The notes under the pieces: generated by a model
What the model was told of the DNA's origin: nothing
The model's input: only the letters and a program-made list of their open reading frames with translations
Database searches by the model: none
Origin: a virus
Taxonomy: Duplodnaviria > Caudoviricetes
Length of the DNA stretch: 60,125 nt
Direction: 5' to 3' (one strand)
Virus record (IMG/VR): IMGVR_UViG_3300043485_000026
Location: 1 to 60,125 of that record
Made by a program: the position numbers and the translations under genes
Part shown: piece by piece, positions 18,589 through 28,858 of the stretch
Position numbering within the stretch: position 1 is the stretch's first letter
How the letters are laid out: each line of letters begins with the position of its first letter

Positions 18589-19035
18589 TCATGACTGCCC
18601 TTCTACCCGTGCCGCACGCTCACGCCGTTTACGCCGTCGCTTCCGTTGCTCTGCCTTGTAGGCGTTGTCCTCACGCACGCGAGTAGCCATCGCCTTAGCG
18701 TGCTGCGGCGTCATCTCTGCGCTAGGTCGCCCGCCCAACCGCGTGATGTATGCCAGTTGACGGGCCGTGGCCGTCGCGTCATGGCGGTACTTGACTCGTA
18801 GCCTGTGCGCCTCGCCGTGGTGTTGACGACAGAGCGGCACCAGATCGGTGAGTTCCTCATGGCCTAGCCGCTCGTAGGTCCGGTGATGGAGGTCTACTCG
18901 TGCCTCGCCGCATACCACGCAGGCTTGTGGCATGGCGCTTGCTCGGTAGCGCTTCTTCACGTCACGCCAGTGGTCAGAGCGCAGGTAGGCCGCGTAGCTG
19001 GCTTTAGTCCAGCGCTCAGCCACGGGGAACGCCAC
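18589..19035 (-). CDS. HNH endonuclease
   Basis: Y..YLRS.HW, CVVCG, LHHRTYERLG.E..DL..LC..HH. Confidence 0.85.
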   Translation of the reverse strand: MAFPVAERWTKASYAAYLRSDHWRDVKKRYRASAMPQACVVCGEARVDLHHRTYERLGHEELTDLVPLCRQHHGEAHRLRVKYRHDATATARQLAYITRLGGRPSAEMTPQHAKAMATRVREDNAYKAEQRKRRRKRRERAARVEGQS

Positions 19036-19303
19036 TGCTGCTGTCTGCTTCTTGAAGCACCAGTACTTCGCTACTCATACGGCACCTATCTCCGCTACCT
19101 CAACGACCTCGCGAGGCAAGGCTACGCCGATGATGCCTGTGCGCTTGCTCTGCACAACGATGCCTGCTTGATCCTTGCCACCCGGGGTCTCGGGCAAAGT
19201 CCAGGTGACGCCCAGCACATAGCCCCATGCTGTTACCGAGCCCGCTTGGTATCGAATCATTCGGCCCAATCTGTATTGCCGGGCCAGTTCGTCCAACGTG
19301 ATC

Positions 19304-19738
19304 TCACGAGACATGGGGCAGCACCAACGCAGCAACCTTCAACCCGCCGAACGCGAGCATCAGGATCACCCCGACCGTTCGGAGTTCCCGCAACGGCTTG
19401 CTCAACCGCCTGCGACGACGAGACCTCCGCTTGCGTTTCCCGGCTGGTTTGCGGCCCGCTGCGATCCGGCGTTGCCGATCAGCCATCGCATGACAAGCCC
19501 CACGACCACCAGCGCACAGGACCGTGAGGTCTTCCGGTAGCTCATTGCCTAGCGATCGATAATTGTTGTGGTGGACCTCTAGGTGTCGGCCCATTAGCCT
19601 GAGCTTCGCTTGCGGTAGACCACAGAACGCGCACTTGAAGCCGGCGCGTTCAAGGGCACCGCGACGTATTGCGCGCCACTCAGGACTCGCGAGATGCGCC
19701 CGGTACGCCGCGCTGTGGCTACTGGTCCTACGAAACAT
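19304..19738 (-). CDS. HNH endonuclease with C-terminal transmembrane helix
   Basis: Y..HL.S.EW, CAFCG, VHHNNY..LG.E..DL..LC..CH, then poly-Arg and a hydrophobic tail. Confidence 0.75.
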   Translation of the reverse strand: MFRRTSSHSAAYRAHLASPEWRAIRRGALERAGFKCAFCGLPQAKLRLMGRHLEVHHNNYRSLGNELPEDLTVLCAGGRGACHAMADRQRRIAAGRKPAGKRKRRSRRRRRLSKPLRELRTVGVILMLAFGGLKVAALVLPHVS

Positions 19739-19915
19739 CTTCCGTCACCAAGACCACTAGTAGCCCCCGCTCCCCCTTCGAGGACTGAGCACCAGGCGCT
19801 ACCGACAGGGCAACGATCCTGCCCCCTCCGGCTCGGCGTCCTATTGCTTCTGCCAGCCCGTCTTTGGCCTCCTTGGCAGAGATGACAAACTGGTCGATCG
19901 ACTGCTGTTGGAGGC

Positions 19916-20167
19916 TCATCGCTGCTGTTCCGTTCGCGACTCATCCTCCAGCCACGACAGCACCAGTCCACCCACCTCCCGTAACGCCGGAACCCCCGAC
20001 CCATGCGACCACTCAACCTGCAACCGATCCACCGCATGCAACAGGTCCGCGAGGCGTTCCCCATGCGATTCGGGAGCCTGATCCATGGTGTAGCGATCAG
20101 CGACAGCGGCTAGCTCGAAGAAGATAGTTGCGCGGCGCGCCGCGGTGTCCTCAAGATCGGTAGTCAT
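19916..20167 (-). CDS. Hypothetical protein
   Basis: 83 aa, ATGA overlaps, SD GAGG. Confidence 0.55.
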   Translation of the reverse strand: MTTDLEDTAARRATIFFELAAVADRYTMDQAPESHGERLADLLHAVDRLQVEWSHGSGVPALREVGGLVLSWLEDESRTEQQR

Positions 20168-20712
20168 GCTCCACCCTCGCTAGTAGCAGGATGCCAACCC
20201 CACGCGGTACCGAGCGCGATGCGATTAACAGCGGACCTGCTGATACGCGAACCGAGAGCAATAGAGCGCTGGGTTTCCCCAGCCTTGATCCGTCGCCTGA
20301 TCTCGTCCACCTCCGTGGGCATCAACTTCGCTGATGGCCGTGCCGCCAGTCCTTGGCGGCGACATGTCCCATGCTGCTTCTTATCCGCCTCGTTCTCAGA
20401 GTACGTTCCCCACGCGAGATTCAGAAGTGCATTGTTGAGTCTGTCGCCGTCCGAATGGCGACAGCAATGGCCGCTTTGTCGTGGACCAACGAACGCATTG
20501 AGCACCAGCGTATGGACACGCACGTTGCTCCGGCAACCATCCGCAGCAGCCAGCGTGAACGACAGGTAGCCCCGTACATTCAGGGACGGCCTTAGTAAGC
20601 GCGGTGGCGGTACCTGGTTCCGAGCACAGAACAGAGCGCGTAGCCGCCCCTGGTCGCTGACCTCATAGCGACCTTCGTAGCCGACGGCCGGAAGCCAACG
20701 CTCCGACCTCAC
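20164..20712 (-). CDS. NUMOD4-HNH homing endonuclease
   Basis: W..V.GYEG.YEVS..G, VH.LV..AFVG, H.DGD..NN...NL.W....N, C-terminal HTH. Confidence 0.92.
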   Translation of the reverse strand: MRSERWLPAVGYEGRYEVSDQGRLRALFCARNQVPPPRLLRPSLNVRGYLSFTLAAADGCRSNVRVHTLVLNAFVGPRQSGHCCRHSDGDRLNNALLNLAWGTYSENEADKKQHGTCRRQGLAARPSAKLMPTEVDEIRRRIKAGETQRSIALGSRISRSAVNRIALGTAWGWHPATSEGGA

Positions 20713-21105
20713 GACTGACCGCCATATTCAATAGCTAGAACCGCAGCGACCCTCGCCACAGCCGTTGCTTGCGGTTCGTCTACGGTGGCCGCGATCTCAA
20801 GGATTCGCGCGACGACCTCACGCATACACGCGCTGGCATCCAAGCCCAGTTCCGAACGATCGTGCGCCGCGTCCATGACGATGCAGAACGGGGCTTGCCG
20901 GTCGCTCATGAGCAGACCTCAAAGCGAGCGCCTGCCGCTTGGATGGCATCGACAAGGAGGTGCACGGGCTGAGTACGACGACCCTCGCTTGCAGGTGCCA
21001 TGGCAAGAAGTTCAACAACGACATTGCGGGCCGCCTCTGAGTCCGCAGCAGCCTCAATCGCGAGACGCATCGCTGCGATCAGATCATCCAGGGTCGGTTC
21101 GTCGC

Positions 21106-21300
21106 TCATGGCTTGCCTGCCTTTCGTTCGCGGACTGCTTCGTCATGCTCCCGAACCACACGCGGCGGCACCGGATGCTCCTCTAGCGCGTGTTCGAGCG
21201 TTGCGTTGACCCACCAGGACAACGAACGCTTATCGGCCCTGCTCGCAGCTTGAGCCCCGGCTAGGACCTCATCGCTGAAATAGATGCTTTTAGTCGGCAT
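21106..21300 (-). CDS. Ribbon-helix-helix protein (leaderless)
   Basis: MPTKSIYFSDE...D.RSLSWWV; -10 TATGAT 7 nt before the ATG. Confidence 0.7.
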   Translation of the reverse strand: MPTKSIYFSDEVLAGAQAASRADKRSLSWWVNATLEHALEEHPVPPRVVREHDEAVRERKAGKP

Positions 21301-21307
21301 GAGAACC

Positions 21308-21350
21308 ATCATATCAGAAGTTGCGCGGTCCTGCGAGAGTCTGCTAGACT
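21308..21350. promoter_or_regulatory. Overlapping divergent leaderless promoters
   Basis: + strand: TTGCGC-N18-TAGACT-N6-ATG(21357). - strand: TATGAT-N7-ATG(21300). Confidence 0.65.
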
Positions 21351-21356
21351 AGAAGT

Positions 21357-21554
21357 ATGCAACCAACCAACCACGCCGCTGAGCACGCACATCTCGTCGC
21401 CAGCGTTGAAGACGAGCTAGACCGCCTCAACTCACAACGAGGCGAAGACAACGCACCCATAGGTGGATGGCGTAACCGAGCGGTCGAGATCATCGCGGAG
21501 CGGGAGCATATGAATCCTTACGCCCTCGATCATCTGCTTCGTGGTCTCTCATGA
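21357..21554 (+). CDS. Hypothetical protein, first gene of a + strand mini-operon (21357-22313)
   Basis: Leaderless start, followed by coupled small ORFs. Confidence 0.6.
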   Translation: MQPTNHAAEHAHLVASVEDELDRLNSQRGEDNAPIGGWRNRAVEIIAEREHMNPYALDHLLRGLS

Positions 21555-21837
21555 CCTTCCGTCCCAACTGGATCGCTATCAGCGTGTTCGGCACCACAGC
21601 CGTCCTCGAAGTCACTGCGCTGCTCTGGTTCGCGCTATGAGCGGCCTCAAAGGATCCCTGGATGACGCGTACGAGCACGCCCAGAAAGTTCGTCAAGACC
21701 TTGCTGATGCGTACTCGATCGCATCGGGCAGCGACCATGGCGTCACTACCTGGGAAGACGCGCTCAAGCTATGGAATCTCGCCGACGACCTCGCATCACG
21801 CATCGACAACCTACGCACAGCCCTACGGAGCTGACCT

Positions 21838-22147
21838 CATGGATCGTTACGAAGCCCAAACGTGCGCTCACGGCGCCGTTGTTCGCGACCACCGCAAGCA
21901 CAGCCTCGTTGGTATGTTCGCCGACATGCAGGCAGCCGTAAAAGCCGCAACTGATCTCAACGAACTGGAGGATCCAGTTCGTTTCACGGCCGAGGAACTG
22001 TCCGACATCTCCCATGGCTTGAGGACGCTCGTCAGGCTGCTGGACCTCGCAACCGGGATGGCAGGTACGCAGACGCGGGATGAGTATCAGCGTCTCGCGG
22101 TCAGGGCAGCATCCGCAGCGTTCCGGGAGGTTTCCCGCGATGTCTGA
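21838..22147 (+). CDS. Hypothetical protein
   Basis: MDRYEAQTC... with SD GGAG; start approximate. Confidence 0.5.
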
Positions 22148-22711
22148 GTCGCGACCAGTCGATCGCTGCCTATCGTGCGGACGTTTCGTTGGGCGCTATC
22201 CCAACGGCTTCTGCTGCGACACGCACTGCTCACGATGCATCTGTACTCAATGTCCCGGGTTCCGGGAGCCCCCGCCTCCTAGCGCGTATCTAGATTCGCT
22301 GCGCTCGCGCTGAACAAGCGTCAAGCGCCCCACGGCCCGCCAAGCACCAGTTGCTCGTTGCTTGGCGGGCCGCTCTCGTCCATGGCTGTGATACCACGCT
22401 TCTGAGCACAGGTCACGCATAGCCCGTTGATCATCGTGCATTCAACGAAGCGATGAGGGGCACGACTCCCGCACTCGTTGCCGGCCGCACAGACCGCGAT
22501 AGGCAGACCGGGGGTCGCCGGATGAACCCACGAGCTATCGTATTTCACAGCTTCCACTCCAGGACTCGTAGGGCTTGATCGCGCTCGAACTCGGTGAACG
22601 CCAAGGCTTGCTCAAGCTCCCATACGCGCCCGCGAAGCTCAGCCAGCACTTCGATCGCGTTGAGCTTGTCCAAGTCCGTCCAGACCTCGCGTTCCGCCGG
22701 CCCCAGGTAGC

Positions 22712-23452
22712 TCACGTCGCTACCTGGGTCTGAGCCCAACGGATAGCACGCGATATCAGCTCGCCGTAGTCCGGATTCAAGCTCGCGAACACCAGCAGCT
22801 CGTTAGGTCTCGTCGTCAACCGGTGATGCAACTCCGCTCGGTACGCCTGGCGCTTCTCGCTCTCCGTAGCCAGGGCCACGAACTTGCCCAAGGTCACTTC
22901 GTCTTTCAGGACATGGACGAGATCGACGCTCTTGACGGTCCCCGGTACCTGCTCGGGATGGCGCTTGCCGTACTTCTCGCGAAACGGATAGCGGGCTGCC
23001 CCGTCGATGGCTTCGCGGATCCTCTCGGCCGCTCGCTGCTCAGCATCCGCCAGCGCAGCCGCGTGCTTGTTCTTGTCCGGACTCGCGAGATCTGGATCCT
23101 TGTCGGCTTCCACGAGACGACGGATGGTTGCGCGCACAGCATCGCCGCGCTTGCCGTCCACTGGGATCTCGACCCGCGAGTTCGGGCCATGGCATTTGGT
23201 CAGCCAGTAGGACAGCAGGGATTCGACCATCTCAACGCCACCGGACTTTGGCGTCATCAGGCGCGTGACCTGACCCTTGTAGGCATCTCGGCTTGCGCGC
23301 AGGGAGCGCATGTCCTTCTCGGCCCTCTCAAGGTCGCAGGTCAGGCCCTTGTTCAGGGCTATCGCTCGGCGGGCCTTCTCGACCAGTTGATCATGCGATA
23401 AGGAAGCGAGCCCATCATTAGGCTCGCCGCCCTGCAAGACCTGGAGAGTCAT
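22712..23452 (-). CDS. Hypothetical protein, possibly replication-initiator-like
   Basis: Coiled coil plus AIDGAA..PF...D...VLKDE..LGKF, resembling C-termini of phage replication proteins (inference). Confidence 0.4.
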   Translation of the reverse strand: MTLQVLQGGEPNDGLASLSHDQLVEKARRAIALNKGLTCDLERAEKDMRSLRASRDAYKGQVTRLMTPKSGGVEMVESLLSYWLTKCHGPNSRVEIPVDGKRGDAVRATIRRLVEADKDPDLASPDKNKHAAALADAEQRAAERIREAIDGAARYPFREKYGKRHPEQVPGTVKSVDLVHVLKDEVTLGKFVALATESEKRQAYRAELHHRLTTRPNELLVFASLNPDYGELISRAIRWAQTQVAT

Positions 23453-23769
23453 GCCTCCAGGAAGGGAAACAGTTCGGCGTTGGCTGCTAGTCCCTCGCGC
23501 ACGCGTGACTCAACCAGCCGGGCTTCGTTGCCTTGCAGCTTGCCGGGTGCGGACGGATAGTCAGGGGTCAAGCCGGCGCGGTAGCGGGCAAGCTGGGCGC
23601 AGTAGCGCAAAGCGGGCGCACCGCGAAAGCCAGCCTTGCGCACCAGGGTCGCGAGTGCTTCGCGCTGTGCCTGGTCCTCCACCCTGTCGAGTTCTGACCA
23701 GGCCGCTGCCCAACCGCTGATCGAACAGTCCGGGCGCGGATGCTTCAGGTTCTTAGGCTGCGTCGCCAT
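23449..23769 (-). CDS. Hypothetical protein
   Basis: SD AAGGGG, ATGA overlap. Confidence 0.55.
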   Translation of the reverse strand: MATQPKNLKHPRPDCSISGWAAAWSELDRVEDQAQREALATLVRKAGFRGAPALRYCAQLARYRAGLTPDYPSAPGKLQGNEARLVESRVREGLAANAELFPFLEA

Positions 23770-23983
23770 GGTCTTCCCCTTCGAGAACGTCGTAGATGGA
23801 CTGCTGGCCGGCAAGCGGCTCCGGTGGCTTGAGCTTCGCGGCGACCTTCGTAATCAGCGAGGGTTGGATCTCGCCTCGTAGTAGCGCTTCTGCCTCGCGT
23901 GTATTGAGGTAGACCCTCATGGGGTCAGACGAGCGCGCTGCTTCTCGGGTTCTCCGTCAAGCGCCTTCAGGTAGTCGATGCGC

Positions 23984-24493
23984 CTAGACATAACTACGAG
24001 AGGGAAGACGATCAGTCTCTGATGTGGGCATACGCCGTCGCCGATAATCCGCCGCCGCTGAGTTAGCCGCTTCCGCGGACTGGAACCTGCCTACATGATG
24101 GCTTCTTCCGTCGATCTTGACGGCCGCAACCCACAACTCACGGGACTTGTCCCAGTACACACCTCGATAGCCGGACGTGTTGTTGCTGTTCAACGCGCTG
24201 CGATTAGCCATGTTCTCGGGATGGCTCACTGCTCTGAGGTTCGCTCGACGGTTGTCGAGCTTGTCGCCGTTGACGTGATCGATCTCAACCGACCGGTCAC
24301 CGTGTGTCAACCCCAGAATCAAGCGATGCATCCGAGCGATCGTCTTGCGGCCAGCTTCGACCCGGATCCCACGCGACGGGTATCCATTCGCTGCTAGATG
24401 CCAGCGATAAGGCACAACCGCGTCTGCGTCCCCGTCGTCTACAAGCGCGTGCGCTACAACGACACCTCTCCTGTAGGTCGGCACCTCAAGCAT
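23984..24493 (-). CDS. HNH endonuclease with AP2 domain
   Basis: MHRLI, IDH.NGDKLDNRRANLR, NTSGYRGV.W...W.A...GRF...AA. Confidence 0.92.
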   Translation of the reverse strand: MLEVPTYRRGVVVAHALVDDGDADAVVPYRWHLAANGYPSRGIRVEAGRKTIARMHRLILGLTHGDRSVEIDHVNGDKLDNRRANLRAVSHPENMANRSALNSNNTSGYRGVYWDKSRELWVAAVKIDGRSHHVGRFQSAEAANSAAADYRRRRMPTSETDRLPSRSYV

Positions 24494-24842
24494 TCGACGT
24501 CCTCCGTTGACGTTCAGGTGTAGCCGCCTCCAAGGCAGCCTCAATCAACTCCGTAGCGTCAGGCATACGGGATAGCAACTCCCGCCGTAGCTTGGGCACA
24601 CTAGCCTGCACTCCGCTCGGGCGAGACCGACCCATGTCGTGTCCGTACCGTGTCCCATCGCTCCTAAGTGCATACCAGGAGTAATCGGCCCGATCCACCA
24701 ACCCTTCGGTTAGAAGTGCTCTAAGCGCCTCATCCACGCGAGCGGCCCTAGCCGTCACTCCCGCACGGACCTCTCTTGTGGTCGCCGGAGAATTCCCGCG
24801 CAGGAACTTGAGCGTCTGCTTGCGAATCTCGTCGTCGCTCAT
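24486..24842 (-). CDS. Winged-helix DNA-binding protein
   Basis: L.FL.....AT.REV......V..AL..L..EGLV pattern. Confidence 0.55.
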   Translation of the reverse strand: MSDDEIRKQTLKFLRGNSPATTREVRAGVTARAARVDEALRALLTEGLVDRADYSWYALRSDGTRYGHDMGRSRPSGVQASVPKLRRELLSRMPDATELIEAALEAATPERQRRTSNA

Positions 24843-25217
24843 ATGTAGGCCGGGTTGCAGACCGCGCCGTACTCGTCCAGGTCTCGGATGCCTAGCCGCA
24901 CGTCTTCGATGAACTCGCGCAGCAGCTTGATCTCATCGTGCAGGACCGTGTCGTCGCCGATGACTCGCTCATACGTTTCAAGCTCGTAGTTAGCGCTCGC
25001 CAGCTCTACCTTCAGTTCTGCGATCTCATCCTTCAGGTCCTGGAGACTCATCGCTTCGGTACATCCACGCGCGTGAACCAAGCCGACCGCGACCCATCCT
25101 TCATCCGCGCGGTCTTCGCATCCCGGTAGCTCGCGCCGCGGTAGATCTCCCGTGGTTCCCCGTCCGGTCCGGGGACCGTGACACGCCAGCCCTTTACAAC
25201 CTGCTCGGTAGCCATGG

Positions 25218-26045
25218 CTACACCTCTTCCAAAACCAATTGGCAATTACACAGCGGGCCACCTGAAGACTTCCTAGAGCCAGACGGACGCTTCCCCCAGC
25301 AAGCGTGTTTGCCAGCATCAGCCGCTATCGTTTCCGCTCGCACGACCACCCGTTCAAACCATTCCGGGAACAACCCTTTCAACTCCTCGCGTTCCCCGGC
25401 GGAGGCGAAAGCACCGCAGTTGCACTCCCCGGACCGATGCAGGAGAGCAGCGACATCCGACTGCTCGATCTCGCGTGCCTCCCTGTATGCGCGCATATCA
25501 GCAGTCGTCCAATCCAACAGTGGACTGACCCAGACAGAGCATCCATCCCTCCGAATAGGCTCAACATGGCCCATTCGGCGCTCCGATTCGCTCAATCGCA
25601 CGCCGGTTAGCAGCAAGATCCGATCGTTCCATTTGGTCTTGTGCTCACGAATCAAGCGATCAAGCTGACGCTCCTTCAAATTGACATACGGGTAACGGTG
25701 CGCACCCGGCCCGGGCACGCCATGTAAAGCAACCATGCGCTGATAGGCATCCCCTGCCTCAAGCACAATCAGGGGCAGGTAGCGGTTTACGCAGAAGGCT
25801 TCAACGAAGCCTCTAACGCTGGGTGTTGTATCCGATGGATCGTTGGGGTCGGGTTCAATCGACGTGCCGGTATCGATGAACACCGCAGCGTCGATCTTCT
25901 GTCCGAACGCTGATTTTGCCCATGACGTGAGGACTGTTGAGTCGTTGCCGCCGGACAGTAGAACAAAGACATGGCTAGGGTCGTGTTCTGCGATCGCGCT
26001 AGCGACGATTGTGTCGGCTTCAGCGATCCGTGCTTGAAGGGCCAT
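25218..26045 (-). CDS. PAPS-reductase-family (adenine nucleotide alpha-hydrolase) protein
   Basis: LSGGNDS, IDTG, LK, TGVR.SES.RR, SPL.DW, SGECNCG motifs. Confidence 0.88.
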   Translation of the reverse strand: MALQARIAEADTIVASAIAEHDPSHVFVLLSGGNDSTVLTSWAKSAFGQKIDAAVFIDTGTSIEPDPNDPSDTTPSVRGFVEAFCVNRYLPLIVLEAGDAYQRMVALHGVPGPGAHRYPYVNLKERQLDRLIREHKTKWNDRILLLTGVRLSESERRMGHVEPIRRDGCSVWVSPLLDWTTADMRAYREAREIEQSDVAALLHRSGECNCGAFASAGEREELKGLFPEWFERVVVRAETIAADAGKHACWGKRPSGSRKSSGGPLCNCQLVLEEV

Positions 26046-26047
26046 AG

Positions 26048-26458
26048 CTACACTTCCTTCTGGTTGGTTTCCCGCGGGGCGCCAAGTGGTTGGGCGCCCC
26101 GCGCTCGTTCGAGATAGTCCGCCGCCAAGCGCAGCCATTCAGGGGTCACCCAGGACGGCAAGGCACGGTTGCAGCGAGCACACAGCAGACCGCGCGGCCC
26201 GGACGGCAGCTTGTGATCATGGTCGCGGTCCAGCCGGCGGTTCGCGGACGGTGACCGTCCGCAGATGCCGCATTGCTCGCCGAACCGCTCGACCCACCAT
26301 TCGTAGGGCAGGTCATTGAGAACAGCGCGGTGGGCTGGCTGCTTGCGCTTAGGTCGCGGGCCACCGCACGCAGTGCATTTCTGCTTCGTCCGTAGGTTCA
26401 GCGTGTCGCAGCGAACACCTTTCTTGACCCGTCGACAACGCCACGTCCGCACGGTCAT
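26048..26458 (-). CDS. Recombination endonuclease VII-like protein
   Basis: CGICG...L..DHDH...RGLLC..CN..L. Confidence 0.85.
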   Translation of the reverse strand: MTVRTWRCRRVKKGVRCDTLNLRTKQKCTACGGPRPKRKQPAHRAVLNDLPYEWWVERFGEQCGICGRSPSANRRLDRDHDHKLPSGPRGLLCARCNRALPSWVTPEWLRLAADYLERARGAQPLGAPRETNQKEV

Positions 26459-26657
26459 GTCGTGACGACCTGCTTATTCGCTTCGACGTTGAGCCAGTCG
26501 TTGAACTCGCCCGGCCCTAGTATCTGCGAACCACCGAACCGCTGGCCCCGGAACTTCATACCCCAAAACATCCACGAGCCGTCTTCACGGCGCGATAGCT
26601 CTACGGTCAAGCGTCCGTCGATCACGTCCCAGTCGTTGTCTTCACGGCTTACGAGCT

Positions 26658-27014
26658 TCATGCCACAGCCTCAATAGCAAGCAGTGCATCCAATCGCGGG
26701 TCCTCGCCCCCGTAGCGCCTAGCCAGCCAATCGTGCGCTCGTTCAGCGCCCATGACCTCAGCCGCAAACTCGAAAGCGCTGTCCGGCAGCATCCACAAGC
26801 GGTAGCGCTGGGATGCAGCGTGATGACTGCCGTGGCAAATAAAGGCCGCCGCCGCCAGGTTCCGTTCGTCGGCGAGCAGCACCTTGAGCGGACGGGTTGC
26901 CTTGCCGTCCCGGATGCATGTCCGGTGGATCTTCGTTAGCTCGGCCGCATAACAGATGTGGTGCAGATGTACGGCACGGTCGCAGCAGCCGCAGAAGCAG
27001 TCCATTACAGCCAC
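26658..27014 (-). CDS. HNH-like hypothetical protein
   Basis: C.C.C...LHH.....D.RNL.....CH..HH. Confidence 0.5.
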   Translation of the reverse strand: MAVMDCFCGCCDRAVHLHHICYAAELTKIHRTCIRDGKATRPLKVLLADERNLAAAAFICHGSHHAASQRYRLWMLPDSAFEFAAEVMGAERAHDWLARRYGGEDPRLDALLAIEAVA

Positions 27015-27532
27015 CTAACTGGGCTACTAGCCTTGGGCATGTAAAGCGGATGTCGAGGCGCGCCGCTTCGAGACAAACCGAGTGCCCAAAGTTCCTCTAC
27101 GCCAACGGAACGCAGCACCGACCTCACGCGTTGTGGACGTGCCGGATCAGGCCCAGGTGCGGCGCCCCAAGCGACAATGACTCTCAAAGAGGTGCCCGCT
27201 AGGCGCTGGATCCACGAGTCATTGTCCGGGCCTACTGGGTCTGGGACAGCGCTTAGTCCCCGCGGGTCCGTGCTTCGCAAGGCGTAGAGGTTTGCGACGA
27301 GTAGCCCACCCGCGCCCCACTGCCTTGCGAAGCCGATGCATCGACGGATAGTTGGGTCATCCTGTTCAGCGGTAGCCGTGCTCGGATTCAGCATCACGAA
27401 CAACACGGGGGGCGCTACACCCCATGCACGACGTAGCGTGTAGCGGTAGAGGCCACACGGCGAGAACTCCGCCGAACCCTCATCGACATCGGGTGTCTGA
27501 TCGAACAGTGTGCCTCGGTGGATTGGTTCCAT
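27005..27532 (-). CDS. DUF1643 family protein
   Basis: YRY.L.R.W, MLNPSTA...DDPTIRRC..FA..WG, NLYA.R.TDP, AWG, PRHPLY. Confidence 0.9.
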   Translation of the reverse strand: MEPIHRGTLFDQTPDVDEGSAEFSPCGLYRYTLRRAWGVAPPVLFVMLNPSTATAEQDDPTIRRCIGFARQWGAGGLLVANLYALRSTDPRGLSAVPDPVGPDNDSWIQRLAGTSLRVIVAWGAAPGPDPARPQRVRSVLRSVGVEELWALGLSRSGAPRHPLYMPKASSPVRWL

Positions 27533-27791
27533 CAGACGATCCGACCCATCGTGTCTTCCCTGTCCGCGTCGTGCGACCACAGCCATGCCTCAAAGCGCTC
27601 CGCAGCATCCGCGCGACGCTTCTCCTCCGCAGCCAACCGCTTTAGCTCAGCCTTCCGTGACTCCCGCGGCTTTGTTGGCCCGCACGTCTGCGCGAACAGC
27701 GTCGACAACGACCAACAGCCGTCCGCTGTGTGTAGCGCAGTGGTCGGCGAGGAGACCTGTGGTGTCCAGCCGGCACCAGGTAGTGAAGCAC

Positions 27792-28103
27792 TCATGCCGC
27801 ACCCGCCATCGCTGAAACCCGGCGCCGGACGCTGCGCTCATCCAGTCCGACCATCTTGCCGATCGCGCGAGTGCCCATCCCTCGCTTCTGCCACTTGCGG
27901 ATCTCGGTATCGATCTCCGCGCTGTTAGCCGATCGTGTCTTGCGCGGTGTCTCGGCGCGTAGCTTGGCGAGCTGCTTCTCGCACCAGCCGCATTCGCCGT
28001 TGCTCATCTGCACGACGTAGTCCTCGCAGCCCGAGCACCAGACGGTGATCGGCGAGCCGCGAAACCCATCGCGACCCACACGTTCCTTCGTGCTTACGCT
28101 CAT
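27792..28103 (-). CDS. Zn-ribbon + HTH protein
   Basis: WCSGC...CGWC plus G.G.RAIG..VG....V.RR. Confidence 0.6.
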   Translation of the reverse strand: MSVSTKERVGRDGFRGSPITVWCSGCEDYVVQMSNGECGWCEKQLAKLRAETPRKTRSANSAEIDTEIRKWQKRGMGTRAIGKMVGLDERSVRRRVSAMAGAA

Positions 28104-28330
28104 CCCAAGTCCCCTTCTCCTTCGTGGTTATCGACCCATGCGGGCCGACTGCTCCTACACCTGCTCGCCCAATTCTTTGATCGCCCGTGACAACAGCAAG
28201 CCTGATTCGATCATCCGGTACGCGAACCTTGAGGCCGCGGTCTCGTCGGGTTGCTGATCATTCAGGCCCTCGTGAACTTCATCGACAAGCGCGAGGGCTT
28301 GCATGAGCTTCGCGTGCCCATCCGCGCTCG

Positions 28331-28858
28331 TCATGCGGCAGCCTTCGCCCGCATCGACCGCCGACGCAGCTCGTTACCGCCGCCGCCATGAGCCGGTCGT
28401 GGCTGAAAACCCGCCGCTACTATCGCGGCGTTCCAAGATCCCCACTCCATAAAGACAGTCGTATGCCTCGGCCAGCGGCCGCCCGCCTGTCGGAAGCGGT
28501 CGGCGCGAGCGCTGTCGTCCATTGCGTGTTCGGCTGTGTAGGTATTCCAGTCCGTTACGGCCGGAGGCTCGCCGTACTCGGCGGCCCACTCCTGCATAGC
28601 GAGCACAATCGCTTGGCATGTCCAAACCTTGCGCTCCGCACCAGCCTTACGACTCGCGCAGGGAACGCATCGACTAGCTGCTCCAGGGCCACGACCAGCG
28701 TGACCGTTCAGCGGAACGCCGCAGTCTAAGCACGGCGCGCTGTACTGCGTCTTGCGGCAACGATCCGAGCACCACTTTGGGCTGCGACCCGATAGCCCGC
28801 GTGCCCCCCGCGGCCACAGCAGGTTGTGGCAGTCTCGACCTTGGCAGGTAGTGATCAT
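28331..28858 (-). CDS. Zn-finger + homing-endonuclease-associated-repeat protein
   Basis: WCSDRCR, C.DCG, WT...I..A..EW...YGEPP...DW...WP...V...GSWNAA..AAG. Confidence 0.65.
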   Translation of the reverse strand: MITTCQGRDCHNLLWPRGARGLSGRSPKWCSDRCRKTQYSAPCLDCGVPLNGHAGRGPGAASRCVPCASRKAGAERKVWTCQAIVLAMQEWAAEYGEPPAVTDWNTYTAEHAMDDSARADRFRQAGGRWPRHTTVFMEWGSWNAAIVAAGFQPRPAHGGGGNELRRRSMRAKAAA

